DNA of 64,000 bases from Octopus bimaculoides (GCF_001194135.2 NC_068984.1:136219248-136283247); one strand, 5' to 3'; shown: positions 1 through 14,845, counted from the first letter of the stretch. A program made the numbers and translations. The notes: a model not told the origin generated them from the letters alone.

Positions 1-779
1 TGCACTACTAAACGTAGAAGAAAATTATGATATCACGTGGTCTCCACGACTTAGATTAAGTAGTTTTAAGGAAGATTTTATGCTCTCGTCGCAGGAAATT
101 ATTTACATTAGTGTCAGTAGCTCAAACGGAAAAATTGATGGAATAGAAGATATACATTGCCCCAGAGTCATAGAACAATTATATGGAATATAGTAATAAC
201 ACGAATAGTTATATGTTGTTTAGTGTTTTGAAAGAAGATCAGACAAACAGGTCTTTATTTTTCTGATTTTCAAAAATTGCATTGCATTCAAAATACTAAA
301 ACAATTAAAGGGATTACATATAGATCACATTTTCTTTATAAAGTCAGTAAAGAAAATTTAAATTACGTTGGACTGACAACCAATATTAACGGATATATTT
401 CCTCATAAACAAAAAATTAGAAATTTCGATAAGGGATTTGTATATTGCAGTATCGGAATGAAAGTTAGGTGATTAAAAGTCTAGTTTAAGCATAGGTTAT
501 CAGATAAATAATTCTCGGGCAAGATTTCGTATCAATCGATAGATAATTTCGCGGATATCATGTCTAAAATATAGTAGCTCATTATAATTATCCATCACTT
601 ATACGGAATCGCGTCGTTAGGAGCCAGAGATATCCTCACCTAGATTAGTTTTGCTAATGTTATGGAGAAATAACAGTTGATTGCTTGATGCAATCAGTAT
701 ATTCGAAGACAGAATGCTTTCGATAAGTGGTTGTTTTCGCTTACATACGTAAATACTTACATATACACATACACACTCA

Positions 780-858
<79 letters not shown>

Positions 859-1944
859 GCACACATATATATACACATATATAAATATATCCACACACAC
901 ATACATATAAATACATATATATATAAATATATATACATAAATACATATATATATATAAATATATATNNNNNNNNNNNNNNNNNNNNNNNNNNNNNNNNNN
1001 NNNNNNNNNNNNNNNNNNNNNNNNNNNNNNNNNNNNNNNNNNNNNNNNNNNNNNNNNNNNNNNNNNNNNNNNNNNNNNNNNNNNNNNNNNNNNNNNNNNN
1101 NATATATATATATATATATATATATACACATGCATATATATAATATAAAAAAATAAATGCGCCCTTTTAAAGCCTAGCCAGGCTTATGGGCCCGGTTTTC
1201 TGGTTTCACTGGCGAATGTGTTCCCCAGCAGAAGTGAGCTACAACGTTCAAACTTAGTACACATGCACAGCAGAGTTCAAGGTCAATCTATGCCAAGCAG
1301 CTTCACTCAGCGCGCCTTGGCTTTGTTACTATGACAACGGTCCAGATACTTATTGATCAGACCACGTATGAGACATGTACGACCACCAGCCTATGACAGA
1401 AAAAACTGGCTCTGACATGAACAGTTTTATTTCGTCCATTTTGGAGAGATATTTCGCATCAGGAACGGTGATTTCAAACGCCATAGTTGACTGTGTAATT
1501 GAGTAATAATACATCCTAATAATTGATACATAAAGGACAACGAAATTATGTATCACCTTCATGGAGTAGGAAGTGATATCATTAGTTTATACTAGCAATC
1601 TGTTTATCTAACACAAATTTCGGAAAAGAGGATGAAGCTATTATAGAGTTTTCGTCAACGATGGCCAAGCTTATCGCTTATACTTCATTCAAGTCCTATG
1701 AATATAACTGTTCTTTATTTCCTCTCTACAATTTATCATATTCAGGTTATTAACTATTTACATATTTACATATAACATGTTATTAGGATATATATGCACA
1801 CACGTTTATTATCATATTTTAACATTATGTTTATGTCTGAGAATTTATGCTTTAACTTCAGTTCACCAAACCTAATACTAATTTATTAATTATGCTTGTA
1901 AATATAAAATTGATACAATAAATGTTATATGTATGTAGATATAC

Positions 1945-2251
1945 ATTCTTTTATTCTTTTACTTGCTTCAGTCATTTTGATTGCGGCCATGCTGGAGCAC
2001 CGCCTTTAGTCGAACAAATCGAACCTTGTAAGCCTAGTACTTATTTATCTTTCTCTTTTGCATATAAACCTCGGCAACATTTGAGCTCACAGCGTAAAGT
2101 CGGAATAAATACCGGTAAGCAGCGTGTCATGTGTTAACGATTCTGTTAGATCTCCGCTTGAATAAGAGACTATGTATCATTTAATAGACACAGCATTTAA
2201 GGATCACAGAACATATCTTCGGGCGCTACTAAGAGTTTCATGTGTCTGTGT

Positions 2252-2284
<33 letters not shown>

Positions 2285-2449
2285 TATCTATATGTGTGTT
2301 TCTTTGTCTCTGTGTTTGTCCCCGAATCACCGTAATCTAGAATGAGTACTAGGCTTCAGAAAATAAGTCCTGGGGTCCATTCGTTCGACTAGCACCCTTC
2401 AAGGCGGTGCGCGAGCATAGCCACGATCAAAAGACTGAAACAAAAGAAT
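1945..2449. mobile_element. Inverted pair of SINE family A 3' tails (1945-2050 minus, 2290-2449 plus) with a family B fragment between them
   Basis: Both arms match the family A tail (CATGCTGGAGCACCGCCTTTAGTCGAAC and its reverse complement). Confidence 0.8.
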
Positions 2450-2584
2450 ACACATACACACACACATACACACACGCGCACACATATATGTGTGTGTGTG
2501 TGTTTGTGTGTATGTTGATGGTGAACAAGCCGAAAGTTCATATATAAATATATACACATATATGTATATATATATATATGTATG

Positions 2585-2768
2585 TAATTTATATAAGGGC
2601 ATTACTATACAATAATGCCTCACGCTTAGAGGGACTTCATAAGTCAAAACTACCAAAATAAGCACATATTTACCGATCGGTAAAAATGTGCTTATTTTGG
2701 TAATTTTGACTTATGAAGTCCCTCTAAGCGTGAGGCATTATTGTATAGTAATACCCTTATATAAATTA
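2585..2768. repeat. 184-bp near-perfect palindrome (92-bp arms, no loop); probable fold-back or MITE-type element
   Basis: Centre is TTTACCGA|TCGGTAAA between 2676 and 2677. The left arm TAATTTATATAAGGGCATTACT... is the reverse complement of the right arm with 3 mismatches. Mirror ORFs 2399-2665(-) and 2688-2951(+) both encode MLILV.LTYEVPLSVRHYCIV. Confidence 0.95.
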
Positions 2769-2874
2769 AATTATATATATTTATGGAAAAAAATGATGGT
2801 TTTTTTTTTCCTTATGAGGCTTTTTCACGCTGACTACTTGATAAATTCTTATAAAGATTTTATCCTTATATTAT

Positions 2875-2912
<38 letters not shown>

Positions 2913-4556
2913 TGTATGTATGTATGTATGTATGTATGTATGTATGAATGAATGCATGTAACCATATGTTTATAAATATATATAAAGGAACTGTATGTGT
3001 GAACATGCATGTCTATGTGTTCTTTTCTTGACTGCTAGTGAAAGGTAAATCGGTAGATAGATAAATAAGGAAACAAATATATCTATATGTGAGTGTGTAT
3101 GTGTGTGTGTACGCATCTGTGTATGATGTACGCATGCTCTTACTTCATTGCACATATTATCTGTCACAGTTTCATGAAAATTTACCGTTGTATCTGTTTA
3201 TTGTTGTACTTTTCCGTTGTTCTCCCACCACCTCAACTCTCAGACAAGTACCTATATTTGGCTGCTAAATTCACCAAATTTAACGGAGCCAAAATAATAA
3301 ATGAATCTTCTTTTGACTTGCGGAGTTCTTGAAAATTGGGTGTTGACCTTTAGATGCTTTCGCAGACATTTTCTATCTTCCTTCTCATTTCATGTTATAA
3401 CATTAGCCAGAGACTGCATTTGAAAGCCTGAGTACGGTATTCATTTCAAGCAATGCTATATTTTTCTTTCTAGGCGTGATAGAATAGAACAGATAAAGAA
3501 ACAGGATATAGGTGTTTGAATGAAACCAGTGAAGCATTTATAACTTATGCCTAGGAGTTAACGGGAAAAAAATTCTTTAGCAATGTTTACAAACTTTTGT
3601 ATAGTATAGTAGTTATAGATTTTAATACATAAAAAATACAATACTATGGAATGGAATATTCTGAAAATCCTTTGAATATGGCTTTCCTAAGCACAATCTA
3701 CCTGTTGCTCTCAGAACATATTTTCGTACAACTGGATTAACGTTTCCATAGCAATCACATCCTTACGATAAATTAAAGTCGAGTAATTTACTAACAATAG
3801 CAAATAGATAGTATTCTTTTGTCAGCAAAGAAATCGAATCTAAAATTAAATTCTATGAAACCACGGAAGTTTGTTTACAAAAGATATTGTGTCCATTTCA
3901 ATAATTTTTTTGATTTTGGTAATATTTTGTATTGCGTTTCGTTATTTTTTTCTATGCACTATTTAATAGACGCTTACTTAAAATTATGAAAGACGATACA
4001 TCACATAAGTTCTAAGGCATCTAAGTAGACACTAATGTCACAACAAAGACACACATTGATTACGTAGTACAGTATTCTTTGTAATATGAAGTGTTCTGAT
4101 ATATCGTTCCTGAAGTACCAAATGAATGTCGTGTTCAATACTGTTACATTCATATTATATTAAGATTTTTCGACTTGACATTAATATCTACTAACAGACG
4201 TGTTTCGATACCAAAGCTATTCCGTTATCTATTTATCTTCAATACAAACTTTAATAGATTTCATTAGATTTTCTATATACTTATATACGTATACACATAT
4301 ACATATGTGTGTGTGTATGCATATGAGTATGTGTATGTATATATATATATATATGTATGAAATATGTAAAATATCTGCATCATAGTCTCAGGAGGATTCA
4401 AGTCTGTGAGCGAAATTAGGTACGCGGAAAGAGCTTAATAGCTCACCGGATGCAAGACACAAATCCAGCGTTGTTCCCGTGTATCGTTTCATGAAGATTC
4501 TACGTTAAGATATATATATGCATCTACACACACACACACATACATGTATATATATG

Positions 4557-4634
<78 letters not shown>

Positions 4635-5815
4635 AAACGAGGAGTTGCTGGTAAGCAGTTACTGGTTATAAGGGGATCATGAGCGTGACCGTAGCCCATT
4701 CAATGAAGGAGTTGCTCTTAGCTAAATCACGTCGTCGTATCTTTGGATTATCTGCTATTTCTTACAGGCATTCTTTAAGGTAACGTTTCCAAGTTATGTG
4801 TCATGTTTTCTATTAATTCTGAACAGTGTTAAATAAGGCAGGGTTGTTTGAGATAAAATAATTATGTTGCAGTGTCGTCGATCTGCGTAAAGTGCTTCTA
4901 CCTTTGGTTAATCTTCAGCCTGCTGCGAAGAATTTGAAATCAATCCGGATGGTATATTTTGCACATGTTACCAATAAGATAACAACCAGTATGGCGTTGG
5001 GGAGAGTAATGTCTGTGTATTTTGAGGCAATTTCACTAATCAAAAATTGCCATATCATTTTCTTTGTAAGTTTAGAATTTTTAATTTCTTTTTTTCCATG
5101 TTCCATTGTTATTACGTATGGCCTCCCCATAACAGATAATATGAGAATTGATTAAATTCAGGGGTTCGGGAGGGATTCAAGCAAGCTAGATTGAAAGGCG
5201 TTCATTGTTTGAATCCCATCAAACAATTCTAACTTGGTCCTCTCGAACGCCACAATGATTATTAGCTTCTTTGTAGAATGTGCATATGCGATTAGGATTG
5301 CCCAGGTATCTGAGACAGTACGAGTGTTATTTGAAAATGAATTGACTACCATTTATAGTAGATCGATCGACAATGATGCATCTTCCTCATTGAAATTGTT
5401 TTTGCGATTTATTACAGACAACAATAGACTAAAGAATAAGTACCGTTAATTCATTCTTCGTTTAGATGTTCACTGATTTCCATTTACCTTGCCTTTCGGG
5501 GGAATATCATTTCAGCACTGGACGCATAAAGCATTTCATGTTGCCAAATTTTCCAGTGTTCATTCCAACCATTTTATCTACGAACAAACTGAATTAACAT
5601 GGCTACTGACTAAATGCCACAGAATTTATATAAAAGGAACTACTCGTTTCATGCATCTAGCTCTCGTCTAATTTGCCCTAGAGTCTATAAATCATATTCT
5701 CAATAATACTGTCGAATTGGTAATTCTGAGCTTGAAAGCTTGAAAGGAATAGAAACTGCAAGATTAATATATTTATTTGTGTGTGTGTGTGTGGTGGGGG
5801 GTGAGTGCATGCGTG

Positions 5816-6110
5816 AGGGCGCATGGCTTAGTGGTTAGGGTGTTGCGATCGTGAGTTCAATTCCCAGACTGGTGTGATGCGTTGCGTTCTTGACTGAAAC
5901 AGTTTATCCCGCGTCGCTCTACGATCCCTTCGACACCTGACAACTGGCACACCGTGCACGTATTCAGACAAAGTCGAATTAATGAGGAGGGTAAGCTAAT
6001 GTGCGGCGCGAATATTTCATCACGATTAAACAAATCATTTGTGCAGGTCGTTCGGCAGAAGCTGAACGTTTATACGTCTTCTTCGACGGGAGAACCAATC
6101 ATATCTAAGA
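5816..6110 (+). mobile_element. Degraded tRNA-derived SINE
   Basis: GGGCGCATGGCTTAGTGGTTAGGGTGTT..GTGAGTTCAATTCCC is an A/B-box head followed by a non-tRNA body. Confidence 0.7.
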
Positions 6111-6389
6111 AATAAACGCAGTTTTCATCAGGTTGCTCAAACGAATAGCTATGCGCTCTGAGCGTTCAGATATGTATGTCACTAAACATTCCGGTGTGGA
6201 TAGCAGTTAAATTTGTGGTTTTGTGACTGCTTTATACAAAGCGGCTAGAAGTGCCTTCCCTCTTGAGCGAGTAGTTTAAAGCTATTTGTATTACTACACC
6301 TGATGTCGTTAATATTTATTTATGCATATATGTGTACATTTATGTGTGCCTATATACATACCTACCTACCTAGATACATACACTTACGT

Positions 6390-6429
<40 letters not shown>

Positions 6430-6487
6430 TGATAGAAAGGACAACAACAGAAAGAAAGAGACCTCGATATTATGTGAATAGAGGAAT

Positions 6488-6589
6488 TTCTCTGTAAAAA
6501 TATATACATACATGTATAAATATATAGTTGTAATTTTCTCTGTAAAAATATATACATACATGTATAAATATATAGTTGTAATTTTCTCT
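6488..6589 (+). repeat. 48-bp tandem duplication (about 2 copies)
   Basis: TTCTCTGTAAAAATATATACATACATGTATAAATATATAGTTGTAATT is repeated. Confidence 0.9.
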
Positions 6590-6945
6590 TGACACACATA
6601 GACAGCGTAGAAGTACTCAAGTCGAACCTGAGGCGTTAGATAAGTATAAATGGATACAATAGTGAAAGTTCAACTCAGCCAAACTACGGTGAACACATAT
6701 CTATACGGGTTTAATTAAGATAAAAATATGAATTGTCCAAGCTGAAACATATTGATATATTAGAGATAATATAAACATAATAATATAAATATAATAATAC
6801 GGATATATAATGGATATATAAACATAATAACTGTAAGCCGCCAAAATTAGTGGGGTCCTTATACTCGAGGGTTCCTTATACACGTTAAAATACGGTATGT
6901 ATTAAATTCGATTAGAGCAATTACACACACACGCACGCACACACG

Positions 6946-6993
<48 letters not shown>

Positions 6994-7559
6994 GATATAT
7001 ACTTATATATACAATTATATATATATATAGCATAAATGTTTGAAGATAGCTGTCAAATACAATAAAAAGCTGAAAATGAAAAATGAAAAATAAATGAAAT
7101 TGTATATCGGAAGGGTTCTTAGGATAATGGTATGTGAACAATGGGTTGTCTGGGATTCTTGTGAATAATAGCAAGGAGAAAACGTAAAAATCTCATTGAT
7201 GCAGGTGAGTTCGAAACGAGGATGAAGGAGTAGAAAGAGACATCAGTAAAATATCAGAGTGATATAGATTACAAGCAAAAATATCAACCAGGAAATTGGT
7301 CCAGAAGCATTGTTTGAGATATAATATTTAGCAAGTATTAGAAACTTCCCGAATCTGTGGTTTGAGAGTGTCTATAGAATTCCAGGAATCAACGTCTTTG
7401 TATACGGTGAACATTGCCATATACAATTACAAGTATACTGTTATAGAAATTTAGACATACGCAGAGAAGCATGTATTCATTGACTCGTCCATTACCTGCG
7501 TGTGCCTTGCATATATATGCTTGTAACTCTGAAAGCGCATAGGCAAGTGTGCATGTATA

Positions 7560-7860
<301 letters not shown>

Positions 7861-8969
7861 ACGCGCATATATACGTTTGTACTACTTTCATTTCATATCC
7901 TCAATTAGTTGTATTCCTCGAACACAGATATCTTATATTCTTATATTACATCCATGAGTATTTTGTTAACCGCAAAGTATAAACACATGCACATCTCTCT
8001 CATTCTCTCACAGTATCTCCATTCCTCTCCTCCTCCCCTCTCTCTCTCTCTATATATATATACGTATATATATATACATACATATATATATATNNNNNNN
8101 NNNNNNNNNNNNNNNNNNNNNNNNNNNNNNNNNNNNNNNNNNNNNNNNNNNNNNNNNNNNNNNNNNNNNNNNNNNNNNNNNNNNNNNNNNNNNNNNNNNN
8201 NNNNNNNNNNNNNNNNNNNNNNNNNNNNNNNNNNNNNNNNNNNNNNNNNNNNNNNNNNNNNNNNNNNNNNNNNNNNNNNNNNNNNNNNNNNNNNNNNNNN
8301 NNNNNNNNNNNNNNNNNNNNNNNNNNNNNNNNNNNNNNNNNNNNNNNNNNNNNNNNNNNNNNNNNNNNNNNNNNNNNNNNNNNNNNNNNNNNNNNNNNNN
8401 NNNNNNNNNNNNNNNNNNNNNNNNNNNNNNNNNNNNNNNNNNNNNNNNNNNNNNNNNNNNNNNNNNNNNNNNNNNNNNNNNNNNNNNNNNNNNNNNNNNN
8501 NNNNNNNNNNNNNNNNNNNNNNNNNNNNNNNNNACATATATATATATATACGTATATCTATGTATATATATTCATATGAAAATGCGTTTAAATGAAAATG
8601 TGAAACTCTTTATAGATTTTTATGTATGTCACCGAAACAATAGAAACTCCATCTGATCGGCACGTTTATTTACTTAACAGGTAATGTTTATATTTGATGT
8701 ATTTTTCAATTTTCATTGTGCTTACGGCACTTTATCACTCCGCTGTGAGTTATAAAATAGAATATTTTATTGTTATGAGTAATCTTCACACACTAAAAAA
8801 ATTTCCTACATACAATCAGCATTTACTTTTGTTGTTCTTGTTATCAGTATTGTATTTGGTTATATCTTTGCTTGAAGGTGTTTCGATTACTATTAATGCA
8901 AGTTCTACTTTCTTCTTCATATTCTTAATCTTCTACTTGTTCTTCATCATCATAATCTTCTTCTTCTTC

Positions 8970-8972
8970 TTC

Positions 8973-9042
<70 letters not shown>

Positions 9043-9050
9043 CATCATCA

Positions 9051-9132
<82 letters not shown>

Positions 9133-9235
9133 CATTATTATTATCCTCATTATCATCAACATCATCATCATTATTGTGGCTGCTGTTGTTTTTCTTGTTA
9201 TTTTCCTGCTCACCATCATCATCGTTATTCTAATT
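8970..9235. repeat. Compound (TAT)n/(CAT)n microsatellite
   Basis: Read directly from the sequence. Confidence 0.97.
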
Positions 9236-9237
9236 AT

Positions 9238-9450
9238 GATGGCAGCGATATGGCTGAATAGTTGCGGCGTTGGAACTGATGCTTAGCGGCATTTCTTCTA
9301 ATATTATGTTCTAAGTTCATATTCCGCCGAGGTCGACTTTGCCGTTATTCATTTTGGGGTCGAGAAATCAAGTACCATTTGAGCACGAGGGTCGACGTGA
9401 TTAACTTTGTACCTACCCCCAAAAATCTGGCAATGTGCCAAAATTTGAAA
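9238..9450 (+). mobile_element. SINE family B (diverged)
   Basis: It carries the family B core TTCCGCCGAGGTCGACTTTGCC..GGGGTCGA..AAGTACCA, as in the copies at 43085, 47260 and 49423. Confidence 0.75.
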
Positions 9451-9504
9451 CCATCTTATTATTATTATTATTATTGTTGTTGTTGTTGTTGTTGTTCTTG
9501 TTGT

Positions 9505-10262
9505 TGTTGTTGTTATCATTATTATTATATGTTTGACTTTTGCTTTGTATATGTACAAGTTGACTCTAAGTCTCACCCAGAGACCTCGAGAGACAACAAG
9601 TTAGAAGTTCATGTTGGTGTTATGCCTAGGGTGTCATATATTTCGTTTTGCACATAGTATTGTTTTAAAATTGAGATTACATAGACAGTATTTCACGTAA
9701 GATATGAGCAGTTCCCATGAGCACTGTCATTTGAATTTCTGCAATTTTAGGGCTTCCTATTATCTGAGCTAGGTAGGAATCAGCTCCTTTTGCTAACATT
9801 CCTACGACACCTATAACAACAGGTATTGTTTTATTCTTCAGGTTCCACACTTTGCTAATTTCTATTTCAAGATCTTTATACTTGCTCAGCTTTTGGTAGG
9901 TTTTGACAGATACATTTATGTCGATTTGGACAATCATATCAATGAGGCGGCAGGATTTTTATATGAAGTCTTTGAATATAATGTCGGGCCTATTCGCATC
10001 TATCTTTCTGCCAGTTTGAATGGTGAAGTTCCAAAGGAGTGAGATCTGATCATCTTTAAGCACGGGAGATGTTTAGTGTTCCCGCCAGTTTTTATCATGG
10101 GGCAGGTCCAGGTTTTTGCAAATTACCCAGTGAATATATTGTGCTGCTTTATTATGCATGTTGAGACACTCTGTAAGTGCAAGAAGACTGCATATGGGGA
10201 CAACATGATCAACGGCTTCATTTTATTGTTGACATACACGACATGTTGGGCTACTGCCGTTC
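9505..10262 (-). mobile_element. 5'-truncated R4/Dong-type (RLE) non-LTR retrotransposon, family 2
   Basis: The minus strand gives CRVC..DHVVPIC (CCHC knuckle), RPDII..LID (PD..D restriction-like endonuclease) and KLSKYKDLEIEISKVW..VLMGTAHILREILSM, with in-frame stops. Triplet microsatellites lie on both sides. Confidence 0.9.
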
Positions 10263-10314
10263 TTTAATAACTTGAGCTGGTATTATTATTATTATTATTA
10301 TAATTATTATTATT

Positions 10315-10383
<69 letters not shown>

Positions 10384-11828
10384 GGCATAATTATTTGTCT
10401 ACCAAATTGAACGTATGTCTTTGTTCTTGATACTTCTGATACTTCCACATCCTACCGGTTTCTGCACTGCAGGTTATATGAATATCAGCACACGTGATTA
10501 TCATAGAACCCCACTGATGAAAGCATCACATAAGCACAGACCTCCCTCTATGGGCATCTGCCAAAAACAGAAGCACAATGTATCCGGAGATAACATAGAT
10601 TATATATATATTCTCCTTTAATTTTCCACTGGCAAATTATCAAACTGCTGTAGTTTTTTTCTTTCTATAATGGTACGCTTCTGTTAACTGTAGTTATCTT
10701 AAACACGTTTCACTAGTCGTGTGATGTCTGGCGAGATGTTGTTGTTGTGGAAATCGTGGTATAGGTTGTTGTTGTTGTTGTTGATATTGTGGTTGTTGTC
10801 GTTACAGTCATCGTCATNNNNNNNNNNNNNNNNNNNNNNNNNNNNNNNNNNNNNNNNNNNNNNNNNNNNNNNNNNNNNNNNNNNNNNNNNNNNNNNNNNN
10901 NNNNNNNNNNNNNNNNNNNNNNNNNNNNNNNNNNNNNNNNNNNNNNNNNNNNNNNNNNNNNNNNNNNNNNNNNNNNNNNNNNNNNNNNNNNNNNNNNNNN
11001 NNNNNNNNNNNNNNNNNNNNNNNNNNNNNNNNNNNNNNNNNNNNNNNNNNNNNNNNNNNNNNNNNNNNNNGTTGTTGTTGTTGTTGTTGATATTGTGGTT
11101 GTTGTCGTTACAGTCATCGTCATCGTTGTCGTCGCATTTGTTTTCGCGGATCATGCTGTTAATATCCGTGCTATCCATTGTCATTTGATATTCTGATATT
11201 CAACTGTTGCTCTTCATCAAGTTGTGTATCGACACCATTTTTGTCGTTTTGGTCTTATTTGGTCTTAATTTTTGTTTTTTGGTGTTATTGTTTCTACTTC
11301 TTTCTACTTGTTCCTAATTTTGTTGTATTTGCGAAACTACACTCATATTCATATTTGTGTTGTTGTTGTTAGCTTCCAGATTTTTTCGTGTTGTATTTAA
11401 TACTACTTTGGCTCTAATCATGTTCATCTTCTAACTGTTGTTGCTTTGTTTCATTAATGTCCTGTTTGAAACTGATCTTTCTTTGTTTTTTTTTGTTTTT
11501 TTTGTTTGTTTTTTTTGTTTTTTTTGTTGCTATCATTCATTTTTGCGCTTAATTTTTTTCTGACATGTGTACTACACTTTTCATATTAGCTCTAATCATA
11601 GCAGTTCTGTTTTTGTTTTTGGACCGCTTTTCACTTTTTTGTCATTGTTGCTATTGCTTCTGATGAGGAGGCTGAAGATAATGATAATATAAAGGATGAA
11701 GAGGAGAAGTAGGAAAGTAGATGGGTACGACCCGTAGTCATGGCAAACCTATTACTTTTCCTTATTTTTCGGTTATTGACATTACTCCAGCTAATGACGA
11801 TTATTACCATTCTTCTGATGGCTATGGG

Positions 11829-12008
11829 CAGTGCCGGATTGAGGACAAATGAGGTCCTGTCTCTGCTAGTTAAGTTATGATGCTCCTTACGTGGGCAGGC
11901 CCCCATTATGAGGCCCTTTATTTGGACAGGGCCACGTTGATCTGGACCTGTTGATCAACAGGACTCTGTGCTTAAGCACACCTAAGCACAATGGTAAATC
12001 CGGGATTG
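11829..12008. mobile_element. Non-autonomous hAT-like element (MITE), 180 bp
   Basis: Ends CAGTGCCGGATT...AATCCGGGATTG form an imperfect TIR. The flanking 8-mers GCTATGGG (11821-11828) and GCTATAGG (12009-12016) fit the 8-bp TSD typical of hAT. Confidence 0.65.
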
Positions 12009-12469
12009 GCTATAGGTGTTATAGTTATTATCACTGAGCTTGGCGAATTGTTTTTCATGATACCTTTGCAAGAATCTTTCCGAATAATTTTTGCTACATT
12101 CCTTTATTTATCCCATCGTAGATGAATATCTGTCAAGGAATAAACCACTATTCTACTCTTTATACGAAGTAAGTTGAGGAATTAGCTATTCAAGCAATAT
12201 TTTTCTAGAACGTTATGTCAAAATCAATTCATAAATTATGAGAGTATTACTAATTATGTAAACAAAATATGAATGTTGTTCTCAACTCGTTAACTATCGA
12301 TCACCTCGGCCAAGGTTCTCACTGTTTTGCCGATGGATCTCCCAATCATTGTTCAGATTTATTCTAACATATGCATAATTCATTATTAAAAATGTCTGCT
12401 AACAGAAATAAGTTGTTCCAAACACTGATGTCATATGAGAGGCAAATGCAGATATTTACACAAAAGGTA

Positions 12470-12524
12470 AAGGGTGGCAGCTGGCCGGAGAAACTGACCT
12501 CGCAGGCCGTGTCCGGCCCGCGTA
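12470..12524. mobile_element. Right end of a hAT/Charlie-like non-autonomous element
   Basis: GTCCGGCCCGCGTACCGTAGTTTGGTGACACCTG resembles MER58/MER30-like hAT termini. The matching left end was not found. Confidence 0.4.
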
Positions 12525-12621
12525 CCGTAGTTTGGTGACACCTGACCTAGATGATTACGCCAGAAGAAAACGAAAGAACGTTGCACAATTGTCTTCGTAA
12601 CTCTTGGTGAAATTTTTACTA

Positions 12622-12681
12622 ACCATGTGTGGTAAGTAGCTTGCTTACGAACCACATGACGGAAGCTGAAAGAAGCCCGTC

Positions 12682-12745
<64 letters not shown>

Positions 12746-12960
12746 GTGTGTATATGTTTGTGGGTCTGTGTTTATCCCCCCAACATCGCTTGACAACCGA
12801 TGCTGGTGTGGTTACGTCCCCGTAATCTAGCGGTTCGGCAAAAAGAGGCCGATAGAATAAGTACTAGGCTTACAAAGAATAAGTCCTGGGGTCGATTTGC
12901 TCGACTAAAGGCAGTGCTCCAACATGGCTACAGTCAAATGACTGAAACAAGTAAAAGAGT
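12622..12960 (+). mobile_element. SINE family A copy with the CORE-like block deleted
   Basis: The head ..GAACCACATG is joined directly to ACGGAAGCTGAAAGAAGCCCGTCG; the tail is complete. Confidence 0.9.
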
Positions 12961-14689
12961 AATATCAGCATTCATTTTTAAGTGACTGTTTATAAATTTT
13001 AAACTGTTGTACTTGGTATTAAGATTAACGCTTATGTTCGTTTCACCTCTATCAGGAAGTGAAAATTGTAGAATTTTGGATTTGTGACTCGATATAACCG
13101 TCAAACTGAAGGATGGCAGAAATAATTTTATAAACTTGTTCATAACTTCATTGTATTTCTTATTCTGTGTTGCTCTTTATACAAAAAGTGATTTGTTGAT
13201 GCCAGCTAAATATTCAATATATTTCTGTTTCTCGTACACCAACTTACGTCTAAAACAATTTAGAACCATTGTGTTCGCCGGCACAACTAAAGAAATTATG
13301 GATTGTCTCCGAGATACTGCGCAGAATATTGGATAAAAATGAACTTTGCATATTTTTCATTATTTATTTGGACATGATTTTATTTACTTTTTATATAAAA
13401 AGATAACCTGAAAAATAAATTGGAAATGTATTTAATTTATAAAAGCAATTAGTTCTTATTTTGAAGTCATAATAACTTGTCTAAATAAATTAGTAGACAT
13501 TAATTCCGATGTAACTCTTTGCTTTTCTTCGTGTTTCTGTTAACAAGTATTTTTTTGAAGAATTAGATATAGGTATGTGTATACGAATGTGTCTATGTAT
13601 GTGTGGCTGTGTGAAAGCGTTTATTTGCGCGCGAGTGTAAAGGTATATAGCTTAGAAGTTAAGGGTTTTGCCTCATGAACATAAAGTTGTGGGATCAGTT
13701 CCTGGACATGGTGGTGTATTTATTTCTTTCAAGCAACATTTTTTAAATACCAGTCTACTAAACTCTAATGAATACCAAGTGTGTGCTGGGACAGTCTTCT
13801 CTCACTCCAGCTCTCGTTTCTGTGATGCTAGACTGCATCAATGAATTAGCGCTGCGCTTATACCAAAGGACATCAGATCTTGGATCGGACAATCGTGCCT
13901 CTCAAAAGCTATGCTCTATAGAGGTATCATCACAGCATTTAATTGCATCAAGAGACACTTGAATAACATGCAGATAATGTGGGTTAAATAATGTTCAGAG
14001 CCAACAATAATATTTAAAAAATTGAAGTAAAATTCATCCTAGTGTTACTGAACATTCTCACCAAAGGTAGTAAGAGAGAAAAAATACCAGAGTTAAAGTT
14101 TCTTATATTTTAAATGCATGTACAAAGTGTGAGTATATTAGGCAATATTGATATGTTTCGGTGTTATTAAACCTCTTCAGTAATTTAGAACCCTATACCT
14201 ATTTATCAGACCACTGAGGCGACATAATTTTTCTAGAAAATAATTGATTTGTTAGCAACATTTCAAACATAATATTCGAATCTTTTTCAGGTATGTCGTC
14301 TGCGGAAAAAGTACGTAGTTAAATTATTCTTAATTTACTAAGTCAAAATGAATGTTTAATGAATTGGAATTACGCTCGTAATTAAAAGAAATGTCATTAG
14401 CGCTAATGACAATTCTTATATTTTTCATGTTGTAATTGCTTTCGTTGCTGTCAGCTGCCTTCCACCTTCTACAGCCTTCTCATCCAACACCTCTCCTAAA
14501 TTTTCTTTGTCATTGGAAGTATCGTTTTCCACAACATAACCATTTGCTTAACTACAGATGTTTATTCAATCCAATGACTCCATAAAAAAAAAAAGAAGGA
14601 AAGCTGTATTAATAATAAAATAAATCATTTTTATCTTCAACACCATCCTCACCATCATTTTAATATCTTTATCATTGTATCATTTTCTT

Positions 14690-14814
14690 CGTCTCCTTCT
14701 CCTTCTCCTTCTTCTTCTTATCATTATTATTATTATTATTATTGCTATTGTTATTATTATTACTACTACTACTACTACTGCTACTACTACTACTAATAAT
14801 AATAATAATAATAA

Positions 14815-14845
<31 letters not shown>

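Noticed and set aside
4892-5449. Cluster of overlapping 64-87-aa ORFs on both strands
   Set aside because: No recognisable motif or consistent splice chain; the lengths are within chance expectation.
10763-11123. Identical ~50-bp sequence on both sides of gap 10818-11070
   Set aside because: Most simply a contig-overlap or scaffolding artefact.
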